Shown here: positions 54,194 through 62,251 of the stretch, piece after piece
Numbering within the stretch: the stretch's first letter is position 1
Layout: each line of letters starts with the position of its first letter
Source: an uncultured Halomonas sp.
Lineage (GTDB): Bacteria; Pseudomonadota; Gammaproteobacteria; Xanthomonadales; Wenzhouxiangellaceae
DNA: 64,000 nt
NCBI GenBank assembly: GCA_964548715.1
Contig: CAZJSH010000005.1
Coordinates: 6,329 to 70,328, forward strand
Direction of reading: 5' to 3'
Notes under the pieces: generated by a model
Databases searched by the model: none
What the model was told of the DNA's origin: nothing
Seen by the model: the letters and a program-made list of their open reading frames with translations, nothing else
Made by a program: the position numbers and the translations under genes

Positions 54194-55881
54194 GGCGTCA
54201 CCCCGCTGTCATCCCATTCCACGTCCAGCGTGGCCGAATAGACCACGGTCGGCTTTCGATCGCCCTTGATGTAGACGGCCAGGTCGAACTGGTCGGTCAG
54301 CGGCAGTCCGTTGATCGAGGTGCCGTTCGGCTCGATGACCGTGCCGCCTGCACCGACGTTGACGAAGTTCTGGCTGGCGTCGACCCAGCCCGCCGAGCTC
54401 AGCAACGGCGAATCGTCGGCAATGCCGTTGCCGTTGGCGTCTTCGAAATCGAGCAGATTGATGACCGTGGTCGCGAAGGCCCCGGTCTCGTACTTGATGT
54501 TGTTGCTGGAAAACGGGAGTTCGCTGCATTCGATCAGCGGAATCTCCAGGCCCGGGATGTCCTGGCCGAACTTGTTCGCCCGCAGGCGCCAGCGCGGCCC
54601 GGACACGAACTCGCCCAGCGCGGCGTTGGGCGTCAACGAGCCGACGTAGTCCTGGATCGCCGGATCGGGATCCGCGTCGTACGACCACTCGAACGGGTCG
54701 CGGTCGATCGACGTGGCCCAGGCGTTGGTCAGGCCCTCGGCCAGGTCCTCGACGCGCTGCGCGCGCGGGTCGGTCGACGGCGTGTAGCCGGTGAGATTGC
54801 GAAGGAACGTGCCTTGCGGGATCCGCTGCGGATTGCTGCTCAGCCGGCGAATGTCGCCGTCGCCCTCGAAGCAGTCACGGTCGCTGATCCAGCTGCCGTC
54901 GGGCTGCACGACGTGGCCCGGCTTGCGCCCGGTCGCGCCTTCGTTCTCCATGTCCTCCGGCCGGAGCTGGTCGTTGGGATTGTTGGTGATCCAGTGGGTG
55001 ACGGTCAACGTGGCCTCGGTGACCGGAAAATCCGCTCCCGGATCCTGCCAGGCCACCGGCAGCGGCATCTGCGCATAGAGACGGATGTCGTTCGGTCGCT
55101 TGACGAACGAGCCCCAGCGAAAGAGGAATTTGCCGTCGTCCTTGAGCGTGACCGAATAGTCCTCGCCGACCGCGACGTCGATCAGGTTCGACTCGTTGGG
55201 CTCCATGTCAAGCAGATTGGTGACGCCGCCGGGCAGCGTCAGGTCGTCGAAGCTGTTGAGTTGATTGTCAGCGCAGGTGAAGACCGGATCGCCGGTCTCC
55301 GGATCGGTCAGCACCGACTGCACCCCGGTGTTCGGGTCGGCATAGAAGTACGGGATCGTTTCGTAGCAGGTCAGCACGTGCTCGAGCACCGCGAAGTTCT
55401 CGGTGGAGCACTTGACCGAGGACCCGCCCATACCGGCGCACCAGGTCCCGGCCGGCTTGACGGCCTTGAAAGTATCGGTCGCGGCATTGGAGACCATGAC
55501 GCCGGTCCCGTTGCCGTCGATGTGATCACCGATGAAGCCCTCGGTGTAGATGCCATCGAGCTCTTTCTGGAAACCGCCGACGAAGTCGACGACGTAGAAC
55601 CCGAACTCGCTGTCGATCGGATACAGCATCGTGCCGTCGATCGTTCGTGGCTGCGGACCTTCGGCAGGACAGGCCGGCGCGCCCGGGGCGTCGCACAGAA
55701 TGGCGGGGTTGGTGGCGAAGGTCGAGCCCGTGGCGAAATCACCCTGGACGTCGAGAATCGTGAAATCGTGGGTTACGGTGTAGGTCGCAGCATGGGCGCT
55801 CAGGCCCAGGCCGGCCAGTAGACCTGCCGCTATGCGGCAAATCACCGGCGACGCCGCGACAGCTTGCTGTCGTTGAATCAT
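54190..55881 (-). CDS. secreted Cys-rich protein of unassigned family (paralog B)
   Basis: 563 aa with signal peptide ...GLSAHA. It shares more than 10 long conserved blocks with paralog A and lacks the GEVED domain and the C-terminal tail. Confidence 0.8.
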   Translation of the reverse strand: MIQRQQAVAASPVICRIAAGLLAGLGLSAHAATYTVTHDFTILDVQGDFATGSTFATNPAILCDAPGAPACPAEGPQPRTIDGTMLYPIDSEFGFYVVDFVGGFQKELDGIYTEGFIGDHIDGNGTGVMVSNAATDTFKAVKPAGTWCAGMGGSSVKCSTENFAVLEHVLTCYETIPYFYADPNTGVQSVLTDPETGDPVFTCADNQLNSFDDLTLPGGVTNLLDMEPNESNLIDVAVGEDYSVTLKDDGKFLFRWGSFVKRPNDIRLYAQMPLPVAWQDPGADFPVTEATLTVTHWITNNPNDQLRPEDMENEGATGRKPGHVVQPDGSWISDRDCFEGDGDIRRLSSNPQRIPQGTFLRNLTGYTPSTDPRAQRVEDLAEGLTNAWATSIDRDPFEWSYDADPDPAIQDYVGSLTPNAALGEFVSGPRWRLRANKFGQDIPGLEIPLIECSELPFSSNNIKYETGAFATTVINLLDFEDANGNGIADDSPLLSSAGWVDASQNFVNVGAGGTVIEPNGTSINGLPLTDQFDLAVYIKGDRKPTVVYSATLDVEWDDSGVTP

Positions 55882-56044
55882 CGCTTGACTACCCTCCCGA
55901 ATGAGTGGAGCCGGTCGTTGCGTCCCGGCGGATGGCGATCGAGCGCCTCGTCGCCGTGATGCCCCCGAACAATCGACACGACACAGTTTTCAGTGCCGGC
56001 CGTGCCGATTGATAGCTTGCTCATTCAGCCTTCACTAATATTTG

Positions 56045-56071
56045 ACGGATGTCAATTTATTTCACATCCGT
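56045..56071. promoter_or_regulatory. inverted repeat inside an AT-rich island upstream of the paralog operon
   Basis: acggatgt-(11 nt)-acatccgt is a perfect 8-bp inverted repeat. A minus-strand TTGACA hexamer (56050-56055) lies inside it. The site is about 170 nt upstream of ATG 55881 and 48 nt downstream of the GGDEF gene stop. Confidence 0.3.
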
Positions 56072-56118
56072 AAATTTTTCCGGAAAACAGGCGAGGGGAA
56101 AGGCGGGCAGGGTCGGCG

Positions 56119-57204
56119 TCACTCCTGGCCGGCAGGGTCGGTGCTCAGGCGGTCGGTTTTCGGAGAAATCGTGACCGGGCCGCCGGCGCCCGGCGAGGCG
56201 GCGAGTTCGACGCGGTTGCGACCGCCCTGCTTGGCCCGATAGAGCGCCCGGTCGGCGCGCGACAGCCAGGTCGGCCAGTCCTCGCCGCTGCTGAGCATGG
56301 CGACGCCAGCCGAGAACTGAAGCACCTCCCCGCCGAAGGCCAGCCGGCCGCTGACGCGCTGGTGCAAGCGGCGAACGACCCCCTCGACATCATCCGGATC
56401 GTCGCCGCGCAGCAGCACCACGAACTCCTCGCCGCCGAAGCGATAGAAACCGTCGACGGAGCGGATCGCGGCGCGCACCGCATCGGCAAAGCCCTTCAGC
56501 GCCTCGTCGCCGGCTTCGTGGCCCTGCTCGTCGTTGATCCGCTTGAAGTGATCCAGGTCGATGAGCACCAGCGCGAAGGCCTGGCCGGTCCGGCGGTGCG
56601 TTTCCAGCGCGGCGCTCAGGTCCTGGCGCATCTGCCGCCGGTTGCCGGCGAAGGTCAGCGGGTCCTGCAGGGCCAGGGTCATCAGCTGGTCCTGGTAGCT
56701 CGCCAGGCGATGGGCGAAGATCCAGGCGAAGGTCGTGACCAGCAGCGCGGTCACCATGTAGGTCACGCCCTCGAGGATGGACTCGAACAGGCTGGTTTCG
56801 AAGATCAGGATCGTCATCAGGATCAGGTTCGCGGCAAGCGCGAAGCGCCGCGAGGTCAACAGGAAGTTGACCCAGAACACGACGTAGCCCCACAGGATGC
56901 CGGTTCGCCCGAACATCGCGGTCGACGCGATGCAGGCCACGACCGTGACCACGCAGAAGAAGATCCCGGCACGACGAGTCTCCCCCGAACGCAGCGCGTA
57001 GACCAGCACCAGCAGCATGCTGATCACGATCATCAGGTTGACGGTGCCACCGAAGTAATAGCCGAAGACGTAGCGGTAGATCACGAACCCCGTGACCACC
57101 GATGCGGCAAGCAGCCCGAACAGCACGATCATCGAGAACTGGTAGTCCTCGCGGAACTGCTGGCGGACACGGCTCCAATCGAACCCGGTGCGGATGGACG
57201 ACAT
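56119..57204 (-). CDS. membrane-bound diguanylate cyclase (GGDEF)
   Basis: About six N-terminal helices, then a GGDEF domain with an active-site-type RFGGEEF and an RSVD (RxxD) I-site 5 residues upstream. Confidence 0.85.
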   Translation of the reverse strand: MSSIRTGFDWSRVRQQFREDYQFSMIVLFGLLAASVVTGFVIYRYVFGYYFGGTVNLMIVISMLLVLVYALRSGETRRAGIFFCVVTVVACIASTAMFGRTGILWGYVVFWVNFLLTSRRFALAANLILMTILIFETSLFESILEGVTYMVTALLVTTFAWIFAHRLASYQDQLMTLALQDPLTFAGNRRQMRQDLSAALETHRRTGQAFALVLIDLDHFKRINDEQGHEAGDEALKGFADAVRAAIRSVDGFYRFGGEEFVVLLRGDDPDDVEGVVRRLHQRVSGRLAFGGEVLQFSAGVAMLSSGEDWPTWLSRADRALYRAKQGGRNRVELAASPGAGGPVTISPKTDRLSTDPAGQE

Positions 57205-57361
57205 CGAAGCGACGGCCTCGCCTCCCGGAAACCGACCTCCAGTCTACGGCAGGCTGTCCCGGTCCGCTACGGCGAACCGACGCCACGGATGCGCCGGAAC
57301 GCGGAACGTGCAAGAATCCGGCACGGGGGATTCACACACCGGTTCGAACCTGGGACTTGCC

Positions 57362-59614
57362 ATGAACATCGTCATCCGCGGCCTTGCGCTGGCCGCCCTT
57401 CTGCTCGGCGCGAGCGTTTCGGCGACCAGCCCCGAAGACGCCGCCCTGCAGGCGCTGACCGAACGGGCCTCGAGCCTCGGCCTGCGTTCGGCCGATCTCA
57501 CCGATGTCCGCATCCGAGACAGCGTGCCGACCCGGCACAACGGCGTGACCCACGTCTGGATGCAGCAGTACATCGACGGCCTGCCGGTCGCGCTCGGCGT
57601 CGCCAACGCAAACGTGCTGGCCGACGGCCGGATCGCCAGCCTGAACAGCCGGATGAGCGCCGAGGCGGGGTCGCGAGCCGCGAACCGGATGCCCACCCTC
57701 GACGCGATCGGCGCAGTGATGCGCTATGCCGCGGTGCGCGAACTCGACACCCGCGTGCCACCGACGGTCGTCGATCGTCGCAGCGCCGGGGACCTGGCGC
57801 TGGCCGGCGGCACACTCGCCGACGGCACCATCCCGGCCAGGCTCTCCTGGTACGACCACAAGGGCACGCTGCGACTGGTCTGGGACATCGCCGTCGACGA
57901 AGCCGGGCGCCCGGACTGGTACAACGCGTTCGTCGACGCGCACAGCGGCGAGATCCTGTTTGCCGTCAACTGGACTCAGGAAGTCCGCTACCGGGTATTT
58001 CCCGAACCCCTGGAGCACCCGGGCGAGGGCCCCGACCAGATCGTCGTCGATCCGCACGACCCGACCGCCTCGCCGCTGGGCTGGCACGACGACGGCAGCC
58101 AGACCTACACCGACACGCGCGGCAACAACGTCCGCGCGCAGGACGACCTGGACGCCAACAACGCCGGCGGCAGCCGTCCGGACGGCGGCACGGCGCTGGT
58201 GTTCGACTTCCCGATCGACCTGGAAACCCAGCAGCCGATCGACTACCTGGACTTCGCGATCACCAACCTGTTCTATTGGAACAACCGCCTGCACGACGTG
58301 CTGTGGCACTTCGGCTTCGACGAACCGGCCGGCAACTTCCAGGTCGACAATTTCGGCAACGGCGGCAACGGCGGCGACCTCGTGATCGCAGACGCCCAGG
58401 ACGGCTCAGGCACCAACAACGCCAACTTCGCGACCCCGCCCGACGGTTCGCCGGGCCGGATGCAGATGTTCCGCTTCACCGGCTCGGCGCCGCCGGTCGT
58501 GCAGATCGAGGCGCCGGCGCCGAGCGCCGGTGACTATCCCGTCGACGAGGCCGGCTTCGGCGGTGCCGTCGACGGCACCGGCGCCGCCGGCACGCTGCAG
58601 CTGGTCGACGACGAATCGGCCGCGCCCGAACAGGGCTGCGGCGCGCTGCAGGGCTTCACCGCCGGCCGGATCGCGGTGATCCGCCGGGGCGGCTGCGAGT
58701 TCGGCCTCAAGGCGCTGAACGCCGAGCAGGCCGGCGCGGTCGCCGCGATCGTGGTCAACAACGACGGCGGCAACGGCACGATCACCATGTCGCCCGGTGC
58801 GGTCGGCGGCCAGGTCACGATTCCGACGGTCATGCTCGGCAACCAGGACGGCGATACCGTCATTGCCGATCTCGGCGGCGGTGTCACCGGGCGAGTCTTC
58901 GACCCCGGCGGCGCCGATCTGGACCGCGACAGCGACCTCGATGCCGGCGTGATCGCGCACGAATACGGCCACGGGTTGTCGATCCGGCTGACAGGTGGAC
59001 CGTCGAACTCCTCGTGCCTGTTCGGCAGCCAGCAGGCCGGCGAGGGCTGGAGCGATTTCCTCGCGCTGTGGTTCACGGCCAAGCCCGATGACCAGGCCAG
59101 CGACCTGCGCGGCGTCGGTGGCTACGTGACGTTCCGGGAGAATATCCCGGGTGCGGGCATCCGGCCTTGGCCCTACACGCGCGATATGTCCGCCAACCCG
59201 TCGACCTACGAATCGATCGACTCGGTCAGCGTTCCGCACGGCGTCGGCACGGTGTTCAACACGGCCCTGTGGGACATGTACTGGAACCTCGTCGACAAGC
59301 ACGGCTTCGACCCGGATTTCATCAGGGGCAGCGGCGGCAACCAGATCGCCCTGCAGTTGGTCGTCGACGGGCTGAAGCTGCAGGGCTGCGGCCCGACCTT
59401 CCTCGACACCCGCGACGCCATGCTGCTGGCCGACGAGATCAACAACGGGGGCGCCAACCAGTGCGAGATCTGGGAGGCCTTCGCCCGCCGGGGCATGGGC
59501 GAGGATGCCAGCGACGGTGGCGGCTCGACCACACTGAACGTCAGCAACGGGTTCGCCCTGCCGCAGGTCTGCGGTGAAAATTTCTTCAGCGACGGGTTCG
59601 AAACCCTGCCCTGA
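57362..59614 (+). CDS. secreted M36 (fungalysin-type) zinc metalloprotease with FTP propeptide and PA domain
   Basis: ATG 57362 and a signal peptide. FTP-like VTHVWMQQYIDGLPV. PA-domain insert (GRIAVIRRGGCEFGLKALNAEQAGAVAAIVVNN). Zinc site HEYGHGLSIRL. The protein ends NFFSDGFETLP. Confidence 0.85.
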   Translation: MNIVIRGLALAALLLGASVSATSPEDAALQALTERASSLGLRSADLTDVRIRDSVPTRHNGVTHVWMQQYIDGLPVALGVANANVLADGRIASLNSRMSAEAGSRAANRMPTLDAIGAVMRYAAVRELDTRVPPTVVDRRSAGDLALAGGTLADGTIPARLSWYDHKGTLRLVWDIAVDEAGRPDWYNAFVDAHSGEILFAVNWTQEVRYRVFPEPLEHPGEGPDQIVVDPHDPTASPLGWHDDGSQTYTDTRGNNVRAQDDLDANNAGGSRPDGGTALVFDFPIDLETQQPIDYLDFAITNLFYWNNRLHDVLWHFGFDEPAGNFQVDNFGNGGNGGDLVIADAQDGSGTNNANFATPPDGSPGRMQMFRFTGSAPPVVQIEAPAPSAGDYPVDEAGFGGAVDGTGAAGTLQLVDDESAAPEQGCGALQGFTAGRIAVIRRGGCEFGLKALNAEQAGAVAAIVVNNDGGNGTITMSPGAVGGQVTIPTVMLGNQDGDTVIADLGGGVTGRVFDPGGADLDRDSDLDAGVIAHEYGHGLSIRLTGGPSNSSCLFGSQQAGEGWSDFLALWFTAKPDDQASDLRGVGGYVTFRENIPGAGIRPWPYTRDMSANPSTYESIDSVSVPHGVGTVFNTALWDMYWNLVDKHGFDPDFIRGSGGNQIALQLVVDGLKLQGCGPTFLDTRDAMLLADEINNGGANQCEIWEAFARRGMGEDASDGGGSTTLNVSNGFALPQVCGENFFSDGFETLP

Positions 59615-59663
59615 GGGCCGGCGATCATCCCGGCCGTAACGGTCCGGGCATGGCCGGTGCGAC

Positions 59664-60212
59664 TCAGGAGCCCATTCTCAGCTTGAGGAAGGCCCGGGCG
59701 CGTGTCCAGTCGCGGGCCGCCGTGCGCGGCGAGATGTCCAGCATCTCGGCCGCCTCGTCCATCGACAGGCCGCCGAAGAAGCGCAGCAGCACCAACGTCG
59801 CGGCCCGTTCGTCGACCGCCTCGAGCTCCCTCAGCGCCTGGTCCAGCACCAGCACGTCGTCGGGCGAGTCCGTCTCGAGATCCTCGACCCACGCTTCGAT
59901 CAACGGCAGTTCGGCCTCGCGATCGCGCCGGGCCGCGCCCCGGTAGCGCGCGTAGTCGACCAGGATCTGGCGCATGGCCAGCGCGGCGGTGCGGATGAAG
60001 TGCTCGCGGTCGCGGAACGCGGTATCGCCGGCATCCAGCTTCAGCCAGGCCTCGTTGACCAGGGCGGTGGTGTTCAGGGTGCGCTGGGGATTGCGCGAAC
60101 GGGCCTGGCGGGCGGCGCTGCGCAGGCTCCGGTACAGCTCCGCGAACGCCGATTCATCGACCGTGTCCGGCAGCACTGAACCCGACGTGCGGGGCGGAAC
60201 GTCTTCGGTCAT
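59664..60212 (-). CDS. ECF-type sigma-70 factor (Sigma70_ECF / TIGR02999-like subgroup)
   Basis: LNTTALVNEAWLKL (region 2) and FFGGLSMDEAAEMLDISPRTAARDWTRARAFL (region 4 HTH) are characteristic of this ECF subgroup as I recall it. Confidence 0.85.
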   Translation of the reverse strand: MTEDVPPRTSGSVLPDTVDESAFAELYRSLRSAARQARSRNPQRTLNTTALVNEAWLKLDAGDTAFRDREHFIRTAALAMRQILVDYARYRGAARRDREAELPLIEAWVEDLETDSPDDVLVLDQALRELEAVDERAATLVLLRFFGGLSMDEAAEMLDISPRTAARDWTRARAFLKLRMGS

Positions 60213-60254
60213 GGCAGAGAATCCCGGGCGCCCTCGTTAGTCATGTTCGAACCG

Positions 60255-60283
60255 CCGTCGAAGGGGGCGCGCCCCCTCGACGG
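60255..60283. promoter_or_regulatory. 29-bp GC-rich near-perfect palindrome in the divergent ECF / beta-helix intergenic region
   Basis: ccgtcgaagggggcg|cgccccctcgacgg has 14-bp arms with a single bulged base. It lies 43 nt upstream of ATG 60326 and 43 nt upstream of the sigma gene start (60212). Confidence 0.3.
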
Positions 60284-60325
60284 CACCGATTCGCTTTCCG
60301 ACCGACGATACGCGAGGAACATACC

Positions 60326-61033
60326 ATGAACGCACGCCGACGCCTTTTCCGAATCTGTTTCCCGATGGCCTTCGCCCTGCTGGCGCCGGTCGCGAACGCC
60401 AGTGACGGGGTGTTCGAGATCAACGCCGACTGCGCACAGTTCGGCTGCTTCGACGGCGACACCGCCGGGTTGCCGGTCCAGATCGTCAATCCGGGCAGCT
60501 ACCGGCTGACCGGCAACCTGACCACCGCCAGCACCAGCCAGACAGTGATCGACGTCAACACCGACGATGTCTCGATCGACCTCAACGGCTTCGCCCTGCG
60601 GGGACCGGTCAGCTGCTCGGGCGCGACCGTGAGCTGCAGCGCCAGCGGAACCGGCGACGGCATCGACGCCGGTGCGCGCAGCAACATCCGGATTGCCAAC
60701 GGCACGATCAGCGGCATGGGTGATGACGGCGTTCGCGTCGGCCGCGGGGCCTGGCTGGAAGAACTGACCATCGCCGAGAACGCGGGAATCGGCATCGAAG
60801 CGCTGAGCCCCGGTGCGGTGCTGCGTCGGCTCAGCGTCCGCGAGAACGGCGGCAACGGGGTCAGCCTGGGCTTCGGGTCCAGCTACATCATGGACAGCGT
60901 CGTGTACAACAACGGCAACCAGGGCGTGGCCGGCGGTTTCTGCGGCAACGTACTGATGTCGGCCAACGACGGCCCGGACAGCTGCGTCGCGATCGCACCG
61001 AACCGGTGCGACACGCCGACCGACTGCGACTGA
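60326..61033 (+). CDS. small secreted Cys-rich parallel beta-helix (PbH1-repeat) protein
   Basis: GAGGA RBS and signal peptide ...PVANA. Repeated N..I.NG.I...G.DGV / ENGGNGVSL turns. Cys pairs at both ends. Confidence 0.7.
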   Translation: MNARRRLFRICFPMAFALLAPVANASDGVFEINADCAQFGCFDGDTAGLPVQIVNPGSYRLTGNLTTASTSQTVIDVNTDDVSIDLNGFALRGPVSCSGATVSCSASGTGDGIDAGARSNIRIANGTISGMGDDGVRVGRGAWLEELTIAENAGIGIEALSPGAVLRRLSVRENGGNGVSLGFGSSYIMDSVVYNNGNQGVAGGFCGNVLMSANDGPDSCVAIAPNRCDTPTDCD

Positions 61034-61036
61034 GCC

Positions 61037-62233
61037 ATGGCCATTCAACGCAAACTTCCCTGCGCGGCGTGGCTGTGCGCCTGGCTGCTGGTGCCCGGAC
61101 CTTCCGCCGCCCAGGTCGACATCGACGAATACTGGCTGTCCGCCGACACCAATGTCCGCATCCCGTTATCCGACGGTTCGGGCAACGTGCTGGCCGATGA
61201 CCGGTCGACCATCATCGTTCTGCCGGACGGCACCGGTGACGCACAGGCACCGAACGTCATCTTCGATTTCGACGGGGTCGACGTCGATGCATTTCACCGC
61301 ACATTGAGACAGACCTCGTTGGACACGGCCCGAGAGATCGACGGGGTGCTGGTCCGGCCCGGAGACGTCTTCTACATGTCCGGCAGCACGCCGATCATCA
61401 CCTTCGACGCGGCGGCCGCCGGCATCCCCGACGGCGTGAATCTCGACGCCGTCACGGTCGACCCGGACACCGGCCAGCTCGTCGTGTCATTCGACCGCTG
61501 GTTCCTCGAACCGACGTTCGGCTTCGTCCTGCCCGGCGACCTGGTGACGGTGACCGCCGGCCAACTCGACGCGCTGGCGTTCAACGGCACGCGACTCGGC
61601 GACGGCGTCAACCTCGACGCCGCGCATCAGCTCGACGCCGAGCGCTTCCTGATCAGCGTCGACGTGGACGCCTTCGTTCCCGGCGGCTCCGGCGCGTTGA
61701 CCATCCGCGACCACGACATCGTGCTGTTCGAGCCGAGCGCACCGCGGGGGGTGCTGGGCACCTTCACGCCGCTGCTGTCATTGGCCGACGAATCGCATCC
61801 CTCCTGGATCGCGGCGGATCTCGATGCGCTGTGGGTCGACCCGGCGCCGCTGGGCGGCGAAATCCGCGTTGTCGATACCTTCTTCGAGGCGCAGGAATCC
61901 AGCGGAACGCTGTCGCTCCGCGTCGAGCGGGTCAACGGCAGCGAAGGCCCGGTCGGCATCTTCCTCGACGCGGTCGCCGACACCGCGACCGAGGGCGCGG
62001 ACTTCTCCGGCGATATCAGCTACACCGCGCTGTGGGCCGACGGCGAGGCGGGCGTCCGGACGATCGAGGCCGTCGACATCCTCGACGACGCGCTGGAAGA
62101 GCCGTTCGAGCGATTCAGTATCGTAGTGTCGATCTTCAGCGGCGATGCCACGGTCGGATCGCCCGACCGGGCGACGGTCCGCATCATCGACAACGACGGC
62201 GACAACCTGTTTGCCGACGGCTTCGAGACCTGA
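61037..62233 (+). CDS. secreted protein with C-terminal Calx-beta domain
   Basis: Starts 3 nt after the previous stop, with signal peptide ...GPSAAQ. The C-terminal ~110 aa (GTLSLRVERVNG...ATEGADF...DDALEEPFERFSIV...ATVRIIDND) have the Calx-beta pattern. The protein ends NLFADGFET. Confidence 0.75.
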   Translation: MAIQRKLPCAAWLCAWLLVPGPSAAQVDIDEYWLSADTNVRIPLSDGSGNVLADDRSTIIVLPDGTGDAQAPNVIFDFDGVDVDAFHRTLRQTSLDTAREIDGVLVRPGDVFYMSGSTPIITFDAAAAGIPDGVNLDAVTVDPDTGQLVVSFDRWFLEPTFGFVLPGDLVTVTAGQLDALAFNGTRLGDGVNLDAAHQLDAERFLISVDVDAFVPGGSGALTIRDHDIVLFEPSAPRGVLGTFTPLLSLADESHPSWIAADLDALWVDPAPLGGEIRVVDTFFEAQESSGTLSLRVERVNGSEGPVGIFLDAVADTATEGADFSGDISYTALWADGEAGVRTIEAVDILDDALEEPFERFSIVVSIFSGDATVGSPDRATVRIIDNDGDNLFADGFET

Positions 62234-62251
62234 GCCGGGCCCCGGGCCGGG

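Noticed and set aside
52641-54578. A 49-nt stretch identical between the two tandem paralogs (52641-52689 and 54530-54578). I considered it as evidence of recent gene conversion or an embedded nucleotide-level element.
   Set aside because: It encodes the identical 16-residue block NKFGQDIPGLEIPLIE. With the strong G/C third-position bias here, identical peptides are expected to use identical codons. The flanking sequence diverges normally.
55900-56037. A 45-codon + strand ORF (MSGAGRCVPADGDRAPRRRD...) in the AT-rich gap upstream of the paralog operon.
   Set aside because: It has no RBS and an Arg-rich low-complexity translation. It lies opposite the likely promoter region of the minus-strand operon.
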